Assembly: GCA_021159185.1 (NCBI GenBank)
Contig: JAGGSH010000035.1
Coordinates: 1-57,238 of the forward strand
DNA from: a bacterium
GTDB lineage: Bacteria > Patescibacteriota > Minisyncoccia > Moranbacterales > UBA9337
Length of the DNA stretch: 57,238 nt
Direction: 5' to 3'
Made by a program: the position numbers and the translations under genes. Position 1 is the first letter of the stretch; every line of letters begins with the position of its first letter. The notes under the pieces are model-generated. The model was given only the letters and a program-made list of their open reading frames with translations, did no database searches and was not told the origin of the DNA. Of this stretch, positions 1 to 8,281 are shown piece by piece.

Positions 1-113
1 TTATAAAACTGCAAAAGGACAAAAAAAATGAACTGGATCGCAAAGTTCTCTCCCAAATGGCCGTGGAAAATCCAAAAGTGTTTGAAAGATTCATTGAGGA
101 ATTGAAAAAATAG
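1..113 (+). CDS. 3' end of an unidentified CDS entering from the left edge (...LSQMAVENPKVFERFIEELKK*)
   Basis: Frame open from the window edge to TAG at 111-113; strong terminator hairpin follows at 167-201. Confidence 0.35.
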   Translation, partial: IKLQKDKKNELDRKVLSQMAVENPKVFERFIEELKK

Positions 114-166
114 TCTTATTCCCTCCTTTGCCTTCTTTTTAAAATAGGAATTAAAGAAAATTTTTA

Positions 167-201
167 AAATCACTGTCCGCCGCGGCGGACAGTGATTTTT
201 T
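167..201 (+). terminator. Rho-independent terminator
   Basis: Perfect 12-bp stem ATCACTGTCCGC (169-180) / GCGGACAGTGAT (185-196), 4-nt loop, then a T-run to 201. Confidence 0.7.
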
Positions 202-459
202 ATCTCCGCGCGAGAGTAGCTCCAAATTACTAAAAAATCTTTCCGTTTAAAATACACCCGGTGATATAAAATGATATAAATCGCAATATAAAATAATCAA
301 CACTACCATTCAACCTTATAAGGTTGAATGGTAAAAATAAAAATATTGGCATAAAATTTCTTTAAAAATAAAATTTCAAAAAATAAAAAAATCAAAAATA
401 AAAAGCGGCAAAAACGCCCTTTTTATTATTTGTACGGTTGGCCGCATAACAGCGCAAAG

Positions 460-891
460 CTATGTTTTAGGTTTTTTATTGGGATTTTTGGCAAGCGGGA
501 GAATATTTTTCACCGTAAACAGAAAATAAGCCAGCGCCGCCAAAACAATTCCCAGTGAATCTATGCCTATATCTAAAATTTTTCCTTCGCGCCCAAAGAC
601 AAACAGCTGGTGAAATTCGTCAGAAAAAGCGTATAGCAGAGAAAGGATAAAAGAAAAAACCATAATTTTGCCCGGCCGTATTTTATAAAACTTAAGCAGA
701 CGAATGAATAAAAGCGCCAAAATGAAATATTCAAAGATATGCGCCCCTTTCCGCTCAATGTAAAACCAAAGAGTGCGCGCGCCATGATAGCCGTTTCCCG
801 GAATGGAAGACAAATAAAAAATCACCCCTATCCAAAGCAACAGAGGCAGATAATATTTGACGGCAAAGTTTATTTTAGAAAACTTTAGCAT
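460..891 (-). CDS. VanZ-like family membrane protein
   Basis: 143 aa, 4 predicted TM segments, FSDEFHQLFVFGREGKILDIGIDSLG motif typical of VanZ-like proteins. Confidence 0.7.
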   Translation of the reverse strand: MLKFSKINFAVKYYLPLLLWIGVIFYLSSIPGNGYHGARTLWFYIERKGAHIFEYFILALLFIRLLKFYKIRPGKIMVFSFILSLLYAFSDEFHQLFVFGREGKILDIGIDSLGIVLAALAYFLFTVKNILPLAKNPNKKPKT

Positions 892-1043
892 TTTAGCATT
901 TGAACAATTGGAACACCTTCAACAGCTAGAACATCTTTAACATTCTCAACGCTTCTCGGCTAGTTCCTTAATTAAACGGTAAAGCGCCGTGAAAGGAAGC
1001 CAAATCCATAAAGTCTTGCGTAAAAAGTTGTCTAAAAATTGGT

Positions 1044-1736
1044 TCATATAATATTATAAATCACATCTTTCTTTTCCACTACTATTTTCCAACTATTTTC
1101 CTCCGCGATTTTTTTGAGATTTTGGTTGGGATTAAAAGCGATGGGGTTTTCCACTATTTTTAAAAAGCTGGCGTCCGATTCCGTATCGCCAATTCCATAG
1201 GAATTTCCCAAAGTCAATTTATTTTCGTAAATATACTGCCTTACTACTTGCCCCTTGTTTTTAGTCGGCTCAAAATCCGCGCCTCCGGTATAAGCGCCGC
1301 TTCCATCCATCTCATAAACGCTGCCGAATACTTTATCGAAACCCAGATGCGCCCGGTTGAATTCTTCCACTATTTCAATAGGCGATCCGGAAACAGCGAT
1401 AATATGATAGTCAGCGCTTTTAAATTTTTTAATCAATTCTTCGGCAAAAATATATGTCCTGTTTTTATGGAAAGAAACGACTTTTCGGCTGGCTTCTTCC
1501 ACATCTTCTTTCTTTTTCCCTTGAATGTATTCCGCGTAAAGGTTAACCAGCGCCGTACGGTAGGCCTCGTAAGTCCCCTGGTGCTCCAGCCAATCAGCGT
1601 AAAAATCAATCAGTTTCTTTCTAACAGCCGCGGGGAAAACTTTCATCCAAACCAGCTCGTCAATGAGTTCAAAATGAAGATTTTTTCGGAAAATTGTTCC
1701 GTCAATGTCAAAAATGGCTATCTTGTTGTTCTTCAT
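1044..1736 (-). CDS. HAD-IB superfamily hydrolase (SerB-like phosphatase)
   Basis: DxDGT motif (AIFDIDGTIF), AVSGSP motif II, K...GIGDTESD motifs III/IV. Confidence 0.75.
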   Translation of the reverse strand: MKNNKIAIFDIDGTIFRKNLHFELIDELVWMKVFPAAVRKKLIDFYADWLEHQGTYEAYRTALVNLYAEYIQGKKKEDVEEASRKVVSFHKNRTYIFAEELIKKFKSADYHIIAVSGSPIEIVEEFNRAHLGFDKVFGSVYEMDGSGAYTGGADFEPTKNKGQVVRQYIYENKLTLGNSYGIGDTESDASFLKIVENPIAFNPNQNLKKIAEENSWKIVVEKKDVIYNII

Positions 1737-1791
1737 AAATTTTTATTTGCCGCATAAATATAAACAGTCTTTCATGAATTACAGTGCGATA

Positions 1792-1902
1792 AAAAATCTA
1801 AATTTCAAAGCTCAAATTTCAAATCAATGTCAAATAATTAAATTTCAAATTATTAAAAAATTTGTCATTTAGGTTTGATTTGTTATTTTGATTTTAGATT
1901 TT
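1792..1902. repeat. Family-C-like AT-rich imperfect palindrome (AAATCTAAATTTCAAA ... TTTGATTTTAGATTT)
   Basis: Left arm AAAATCTAAATTTCAAAGCTCAAATTTCAAATCAATGTCAAAT approximately mirrors right arm TTTGTCATTTAGGTTTGATTTGTTATTTTGATTTTAGATTTT; fills the HAD/SpoU spacer and overlaps the SpoU stop. Confidence 0.6.
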
Positions 1903-2382
1903 GGATTTAATTTCATATCCGGCGATTCCCGTTGCAACTGAAACATTTAAGGATTTCTTTTTCCCTCGCATGGGAATTTCAATAATTTTATCGCATTTCC
2001 TTAAAATTCTTTTATCCAATCCTTTCACTTCATTCCCGGCTATTAAAGCCAGCGGAAATTCGGGCTTAAACTTTTTATAATCAACACTGTTTTCATCTTG
2101 CTCCAACGCGACAATCTGAAATTTATCTTTCTTTAATCTTTTCATTAAATCGTTCAGGTTTTTAATTTTCTCCCAGCTGACATTTTCTTCCGCGCCCAAA
2201 GCCGTTTTTGCCAGCATTTTCTGCGCCGAGGTCAAATAAGCTTCTTTACCGCTCGCCGGCGCCGGAGAATATCCGGTCAGATATATTTTTTCTATCCCCG
2301 CCCCGTCCGCCGTCCTGAATATGGAGCCGACATTATAAGCGCTGCGGATATTGTGGAGAATAAAATAAAATTTATTTTTCAT
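1894..2382 (-). CDS. SpoU/TrmH-family RNA 2'-O-methyltransferase
   Basis: NVGSIFRTADGAG, LIAGNEVKGL and IPMRGKKKSLNVSVATGI motifs of the SPOUT/TrmH family. Confidence 0.8.
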   Translation of the reverse strand: MKNKFYFILHNIRSAYNVGSIFRTADGAGIEKIYLTGYSPAPASGKEAYLTSAQKMLAKTALGAEENVSWEKIKNLNDLMKRLKKDKFQIVALEQDENSVDYKKFKPEFPLALIAGNEVKGLDKRILRKCDKIIEIPMRGKKKSLNVSVATGIAGYEIKSKI

Positions 2383-2394
2383 TTGGCAATAATA

Positions 2395-3633
2395 TCAATA
2401 TAAAAAACCAAGCAAATATAACGGGATGCTGTATTTATCACCGTGTAAGATATTATCTAAAACAAGAAAACTATTTTTTATATTTTTAATTTGTTTAGTG
2501 TCTTTATTTTTTCCGCCGATTTCAAAAACATACTTTTTGCCAAAAATAGATTTTTTTTCAGTAACTGCCATATCGCCACTATCAGCCGAAAAAACCGCGT
2601 ATCCCGCTGATTGCAATTGGTTAATTGCGAATAATTCGCGCGCGCTTCCACTGCTAACTTCTTTTCCTATGGAATTGCTTAACGCGTAAGCCATATTAGT
2701 ATCATTCAAATAAACTTTTTCGGCATTGCGAATCATTGAATGCCCTGTTTTGTTGTTTAGCAAATAGCGGATGAGACCGCTTTCCCGCGCCATTTCAATA
2801 TAGCGAGAAGTGTCCGGAAACGATTTATCTAAACTGTTTGATAATTTAGAAATATTTATTGAACCTGGCGACGATGTAAAGATAAAATATAATATTTTTT
2901 TGAAAACGGGAAGCGTTTCCGTTTTAAGCGAATAGTAAGTCGCAATATCAATATTTATCATTTTGTCAATAATTCCGCTTAAAGCATCAAATACACTTTC
3001 TTCATTTTTGAATTCAGAAAAAATCGGATAATATCCGATACGCAAATACTCCTTAAATAGCCCGCTTATTTTGCGAACACTTAAAATTTTATCATCTATT
3101 CGCGTTCTATTTTCTACAACATTTTCCAAGGAAAGAATTGGCAATTTTACATTTTGCCTAAATTCCAAGTATTCTCGAAATGAAAACCCCGGCATTATTT
3201 TTAAAGTTGCCCTTCTTGAGAGATCATATTTTTGCTTAATTAAGTCAGTAGCAGAACTTCCGCTGAAAATAATTTTAATTTTTTTGTGATACTCATCATA
3301 AATATTTTTTAACTCTTGCGCCCATCCGGGATAGCGGTGGATTTCATCAATACATATCACCTTGCCATCGTATTCATCAATAAATTTTTCCACCAGTTCA
3401 ATCAGGGAATTTTTGCTAAAATAAATATCATCCATTGAAACATATAGGGCTTGATCCGAGGCGGAATAATATTTGTTCAGATAGTAAAATAAATAAGTAG
3501 TTTTTCCAATTCCTCTGTTTCCCGTAATGCCGACGATTTTATGTTCACTTTCCAGTGACTTGAAAAAATCCCGTTCATAAATATGGATATATTCTTTTTG
3601 CAACCGCTTGTATTTTCTAATTAATGTTCGCAT
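2395..3633 (-). CDS. COG1373-type AAA+ ATPase (AAA_14 + DUF4143 architecture)
   Basis: Walker A GITGNRGIGKTT, Walker B VICIDEIH, C-terminal D...FEIGGK nuclease-like motif; visibly lower GC than neighbours. Confidence 0.75.
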   Translation of the reverse strand: MRTLIRKYKRLQKEYIHIYERDFFKSLESEHKIVGITGNRGIGKTTYLFYYLNKYYSASDQALYVSMDDIYFSKNSLIELVEKFIDEYDGKVICIDEIHRYPGWAQELKNIYDEYHKKIKIIFSGSSATDLIKQKYDLSRRATLKIMPGFSFREYLEFRQNVKLPILSLENVVENRTRIDDKILSVRKISGLFKEYLRIGYYPIFSEFKNEESVFDALSGIIDKMINIDIATYYSLKTETLPVFKKILYFIFTSSPGSINISKLSNSLDKSFPDTSRYIEMARESGLIRYLLNNKTGHSMIRNAEKVYLNDTNMAYALSNSIGKEVSSGSARELFAINQLQSAGYAVFSADSGDMAVTEKKSIFGKKYVFEIGGKNKDTKQIKNIKNSFLVLDNILHGDKYSIPLYLLGFLY

Positions 3634-3765
3634 ATTTTGATAAATCCAAAAAATTAAGTTATGACTTAATTATAACAGCTATTTTTTAAGTTGCAACTTA
3701 ATTTTTAAAGTTTTCTGTTTTTTACTTTGCCGGATAGCGTTAGAAATGGTTTTCAAGAAAATATT

Positions 3766-4434
3766 TTAAAACCTCAAATATTTGTCCCAGTATTCGTAAA
3801 GTTTTTGGGTGGCGATTAAATCTCCGACGCAATAGCGGGCGATTTTTTTGTATTCTCCTTTTTTATATAAATTCCCCACTTCCGATCCGTCCACTCCTCC
3901 TTCCTTGGGACTTTTAAATCCGAATGATTTGGCGTAAAAATCAAGAGTAAATTTTCGCGTCGCGCCGTAATAAGTGAGCTGTTCCAGTAAATCGCAATGC
4001 GTTTTATAATCGTAGCGGTAAGGCATTAAATTTTTGCTGGGAGCTATTTTAAAAATAGCGCTTCTTAAATGTAAATACGGCGCGTCAAATCCCCTGCCGT
4101 TGAAAGTAATTATTTGATTGTAATTTTTAACGCTATCCCAAAACTTTCTTAAAATTTCCTCTTCTGTCCCCGCTTCAAAAACAATTCCGTTTTCTTCAAA
4201 GTTTTCTTTTTTCCCGCCGCCGTTTTGGTATAACATACTTCCTTTGCCGGTATCGGGATTAAGCATGCCGATAGCCACGATTTCTCCCGTAAAAGGATAC
4301 AGCGCCAGCCGCTGTTTTATATCGTCTTTTTCTTTTTCAGTTTCGCTGTATTTTAAAAGATATTCCCGTGATTTCTCGTCCAGGCTGTCAAAATCAATCC
4401 CGGCTGTTTCAATGTCAATAATAACTTTAGACAT
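3766..4434 (-). CDS. Predicted 3'-5' exonuclease, RNase H-like fold (PolB-exonuclease-related)
   Basis: IIDIETAG (Exo I-like), ITFNGRGFDAPYL (Exo II-like), YCVGDL (Exo III-like). Confidence 0.6.
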   Translation of the reverse strand: MSKVIIDIETAGIDFDSLDEKSREYLLKYSETEKEKDDIKQRLALYPFTGEIVAIGMLNPDTGKGSMLYQNGGGKKENFEENGIVFEAGTEEEILRKFWDSVKNYNQIITFNGRGFDAPYLHLRSAIFKIAPSKNLMPYRYDYKTHCDLLEQLTYYGATRKFTLDFYAKSFGFKSPKEGGVDGSEVGNLYKKGEYKKIARYCVGDLIATQKLYEYWDKYLRF

Positions 4435-4691
4435 AAATTTGTAACTATAAAATTTTCTTTTTTCCTCTCCCCTTTTTTCAAAAGAAGGTTAGAAAGATTT
4501 TTAGAAGGGGTTTCCTAATTTAAGCTGGAACTAAACACTCACGCACTTAATTATTTAACGCTTTCCAAATCCCCCTGCTCGCTTTGCTTACTTTCCCCCT
4601 TTTCCAAGGGGGAATTTTGCTGCAAAGGCATGTAAGTCGCAACACAAAAAATTGAAAACTTAATGGATCATAAGTTATCTAGATTTTTAAA

Positions 4692-4880
4692 CTAATCGTT
4701 TTTATGCGCTTCACGGCAATTTAAATAATTAGCGTATACCGCCAAGATCACAGCCACTAGCATCCACTGAGTTCCCGCCAACCAAAGATTCATACTAAAC
4801 AAAGAAACCAGCACTGCCAATATAAAAGCTACTAATGACAGCCCAAAAAGGGACGAAGCCAAACCTTTCGTATTTTTCAT
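4692..4880 (-). CDS. Small two-TM membrane protein, hypothetical
   Basis: 62 aa with two hydrophobic helices; strong GGAGGTG 8 nt upstream of the ATG, which is rare in this window. Confidence 0.55.
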   Translation of the reverse strand: MKNTKGLASSLFGLSLVAFILAVLVSLFSMNLWLAGTQWMLVAVILAVYANYLNCREAHKND

Positions 4881-5056
4881 AACTAATTCACCTCCATTCT
4901 AATTTTAAGAAGCAAGCTTCAAGCTGTAAGCTGTAAGAATTTTTATTATTTGCTTTCTGCTTTCTTCTTATTACTTTCTACTTATTTTTTATTATACAAA
5001 AAATAATAAAAATTAGCCAGAAAAAATTAGCCAGAAAAAATAATTCACTAATACCG

Positions 5057-6754
5057 CTACTTTTTCACAATAATCATCGCTTTCTTCCCCTGTTCAATTA
5101 AATTTTTATCGCCGGGAAAATCGTGAATGGCGCTGTATAAAATATCTAACTTATAGCGATAGCCTTCGCCTCTTTTTGTTCCCGGGTCGTTGGTAATAAT
5201 TTCATCGTCCTCGTAACCGATTAAAACTAAATTATGGTAAAGCGGTCCGGGCGGAGTGAAGTAAGGATTCCCCAAAAGCCGACCGGCTGCCGGAATGATA
5301 ATCGGATTTCCTTTAACCAATTCTTCTTTAATTCTGTCTTTCTTAAAATCGTAAATTATTTCTAGATTTTTTATTCCGTAAAAATCTTCAGCCAATTTCA
5401 CGATTTGCCGCGCGTTGCTGTCCTCGTAATCTCCGTAATTTTTAATTTGAAATTCAATCATATTTTGGATTTTCTTTTCCGCGATTTCTTGATTTAATTC
5501 TTTTTCTTGAATATAAAAAGCGGCCATTATAAGCGCCGCTTCTTCGCAAGCCTCTTCGTGATACTCATCCCATACCGCGTAAGGCGCTTGTGAAATAAAT
5601 GGAACCGAAATTAAAACTTTCTCGGGAATTTCTTTTTTTAAATTTTTATCATTAGACAAATTATTTTCCGGCAAACTTTTTTCTCCTGTTTCTTTAATTA
5701 CTATCTCCGCGCTGGCGCTCTCCTTTAAATTAACTTTTATTTCACTATTATTTTCTTCAATTAAACTTTTAACTTCCTCCCAGACAGCCGGATAATTCGC
5801 TTTGGTTTTTAACCAATACCACCACTCCGCGCCCCAAAGATAAATTTCCGAAAATCCCGATTGTTTGGCGTATTCAACATTTTCTTTAATTTTTTTCTCG
5901 TCCATAAATTTCAACTGTTCTTCCAAATTATTATTCACCGTCCAACCCGGCATCCACGGCTCCGCTTGCAGTTCAATAACTATGGCTTTGCTTTGATTAG
6001 CAAATTCTTTAATCATCCAGCGTTTGAATTGGAAAAACCTAGGACCGATGGGATATTCGTAATGCCCCCATCCTTTTTTGCAAACATCTCTATACATGGT
6101 TGTTCCGAAAATATCCGCCCTCTTGGCGGCTTGAATCCAAAGGCTTAATTCCCCGCTGTCAGTGATTATAATCTCGCGGCTGGGATCTTCGCTTCTGGCA
6201 ATTTTAATTTCTTCGTCCAATAAATCGGCGTCAATAGACGGACAAATTCCGAACTTCAAAAACGGCTCATTTTCAATTTGCCAATATTTAACGGAGGGAT
6301 TGCTTTTGTAGCGATTGATTATAACGCTTGTCAATTTTAGCAATTCTTCTTTTCTTTGCTCATCATTATTTCCGATCCATTTTGGGATAAAGCATTCCGG
6401 CCAGCGCGGAACTTTTTGCCCAATGGCTAAAATTATTTCGGCTTCCCTCTTTCTCGCTTCTTCCAACTGCCAATCAATATCGGAAAAATCATATTTCCCT
6501 TTGCTTGGCTCCGCTAAATCCCAATAAACCGGAATCCGTATTTTTTTGATTTTGAGATCATCCAAGACAGCTAAATAATTTTCTTTCCAGTCCAACCCAA
6601 TATCTTGGGAATAGCGGCTGGAAAAAGTGACTCCCAGTTCCGCTTTATCTTCAGCTTTTTTGGTTGGAATATTAAAGCAGATAAGAAAAATCACAATTAT
6701 TAAGATAATTGCGCCTAAAATATAAAGTGAGATTTTTAAAATTTTTTTTGGCAT
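5057..6754 (-). CDS. Membrane-anchored fusion: GH5-like glycoside hydrolase domain + C-terminal C39-like peptidase domain
   Basis: N-terminal TM; WQIENEPF (GH5-type NEP catalytic motif); C-terminal VPFISQAPYAVWDEYHEEACEEAALIM resembling peptidase_C39-like domains. Confidence 0.55.
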   Translation of the reverse strand: MPKKILKISLYILGAIILIIVIFLICFNIPTKKAEDKAELGVTFSSRYSQDIGLDWKENYLAVLDDLKIKKIRIPVYWDLAEPSKGKYDFSDIDWQLEEARKREAEIILAIGQKVPRWPECFIPKWIGNNDEQRKEELLKLTSVIINRYKSNPSVKYWQIENEPFLKFGICPSIDADLLDEEIKIARSEDPSREIIITDSGELSLWIQAAKRADIFGTTMYRDVCKKGWGHYEYPIGPRFFQFKRWMIKEFANQSKAIVIELQAEPWMPGWTVNNNLEEQLKFMDEKKIKENVEYAKQSGFSEIYLWGAEWWYWLKTKANYPAVWEEVKSLIEENNSEIKVNLKESASAEIVIKETGEKSLPENNLSNDKNLKKEIPEKVLISVPFISQAPYAVWDEYHEEACEEAALIMAAFYIQEKELNQEIAEKKIQNMIEFQIKNYGDYEDSNARQIVKLAEDFYGIKNLEIIYDFKKDRIKEELVKGNPIIIPAAGRLLGNPYFTPPGPLYHNLVLIGYEDDEIITNDPGTKRGEGYRYKLDILYSAIHDFPGDKNLIEQGKKAMIIVKK

Positions 6755-6856
6755 TGTGTTTTTATTTTTTCTTCTCCCCCTTTTTCAAAAGAGCCTGTCC
6801 CGTCAAATGACTGGAAGGGATTTAAGGGGAATTTTTATTTTATTACTAGATTTCAG

Positions 6857-7034
6857 AATATTGTTTATAATTTTTCCACCTGCCCTCTATTTGTCATTCC
6901 GGAATTTTCGGAGCAGCAACGGAGAAAATATCCGGAATCTATGCTTTCATTTATCTCAAGCATGAGACTTTAATAATCCTAGATTCCGGATATTTTTTCT
7001 TCCGCTGTCGCTCCAGAAAAAATTCCGGAATGAC
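6857..7034. repeat. Family-A nested-palindrome element, copy A1 (body inverted relative to A2/A4/A6)
   Basis: Flank AATATTGTTTATAATTTTT..CTCTAT, then GTCATTCCGGAATTTT...ATATCCGGAATCTA - 38-nt centre - TAGATTCCGGATAT...ATTCCGGAATGAC. Confidence 0.9.
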
Positions 7035-7055
7035 AAAAAGTTATAAGCTATAACC

Positions 7056-7982
7056 CTAAGCAGCCAGCAATCCAATCCCCGCCGCGATCATAACGACTGC
7101 TCCGATTTTCTGCGCCCAATCCCAGAAATATAATTTCTCGTTAAACATCCGGGGGTATCTAACTGACACCGCGGCAACTAGCATTAAAACAAAAACAAAC
7201 TGTAAACTACTGACTGCTTGGACCAAAGACACGCTTCCCAAAAAAATAGCGTAATTTACTAAAATTGACGAGCTTCCGCCAAAAATTTTATTAAGAATAA
7301 ATAAAGCGATTGTTGCCATATTCCTTCTCCTCCTGATTTTTTTTGATCTTTTGAATAATCCGCGAAAAGACGAAACGATGCTTTTCCTGAAGGCGGGAAA
7401 CGCGAATAAACTTAACCCTCCCGCGAGAAGCCCCAGCCGCGTCCAAATAAACCCGTTAATAAATTCGCCATTGCCGTAAACGTATTTAAAAAAGCTATAA
7501 GCAATAGCGAATAATATTCCGCTTGCCAGCGAATAATAAAACCCTTTGAATATTTTTCTTGATCTTAAGGGAAGGTCAAAAGAAATCAAAAAACCGCCCC
7601 CAACCAAAAAAATAAACCCGCCTAAATTTTCAACTGTTAACCTTTCATTTAAAAATACCGCCGCGATTAAAAAAGTCGCAGTCGGGACAATAGATCCAAT
7701 CAACGGGGCCACCCTGGAAACCTCGTTTCTTTTTAACGCCTGGTAATAAAACAAAAGGGCGTAAATAAAAATTACGCCCGACAGAAGAGAAAGCGCCATC
7801 CAATAAATTCCCTGCCAGTAAAATCCAAAAGGAATCAAGGTTAAAGAAGCCGCGCTTAAAAGAGCCACATAAAAAGCGTAAACCGCCGGTTTGGGAATCC
7901 TGTCAGCTAACAGAAATTTGTCCAAAACATAAGAAAGCGCTAAAAGAAAATACGCGGCTATGGCAAAAAATAACCAGTTCAT
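7056..7982 (-). CDS. EamA/DMT-family transporter
   Basis: 308 aa, about 10 TM segments in two similar halves, as in EamA-domain permeases. Confidence 0.7.
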   Translation of the reverse strand: MNWLFFAIAAYFLLALSYVLDKFLLADRIPKPAVYAFYVALLSAASLTLIPFGFYWQGIYWMALSLLSGVIFIYALLFYYQALKRNEVSRVAPLIGSIVPTATFLIAAVFLNERLTVENLGGFIFLVGGGFLISFDLPLRSRKIFKGFYYSLASGILFAIAYSFFKYVYGNGEFINGFIWTRLGLLAGGLSLFAFPAFRKSIVSSFRGLFKRSKKIRRRRNMATIALFILNKIFGGSSSILVNYAIFLGSVSLVQAVSSLQFVFVLMLVAAVSVRYPRMFNEKLYFWDWAQKIGAVVMIAAGIGLLAA

Positions 7983-8281
7983 TTCATTTTTATGTTAGGA
8001 TTTACAACAGTCCGACTTGCCCAAAGAAAGCCAGCACCAGTAAAGGCACTATGGCTAAAAGCACAGCCATACTGGCTTCCTCCTGCTCCTTATCTTTTTT
8101 TTCTCTTTCTTCGCAATGGACGCATTTGTTGGTTGTTTCCATTTTTTTGTTTTTTAATGATTAAATTATTAAAAAATAAAAAGCGGGCATTCACCCGACT
8201 TTTTTAAGAGCCATTTTACCGACCTCTGCAACCAGTATACACCATTTTTTTCAAAAAGTCAAGCATTGCTAATTAAAACTT

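Noticed and set aside
301-335. Hairpin ACCATTCAACCTTATAAGGTTGAATGGT as a terminator
   Set aside because: The stem is perfect, but it is followed by A-rich sequence and no T-run on the plus strand, and on the minus strand the T-rich tract comes before the stem rather than after it. It may be another small palindromic repeat rather than a terminator.
7992-8207. 71-aa plus-strand ORF, and an alternative 46-aa minus-strand ORF at 8002-8142 (METTNKCVHCEEREKKDKEQEEASMAVLLAIVPLLVLAFFGQVGLL)
   Set aside because: The plus-strand ORF has a low-complexity translation and opposes the local gene orientation. The minus-strand micro-ORF has a plausible C-terminal TM helix, but there is no SD, no conservation evidence and no family match, which is too weak to call.
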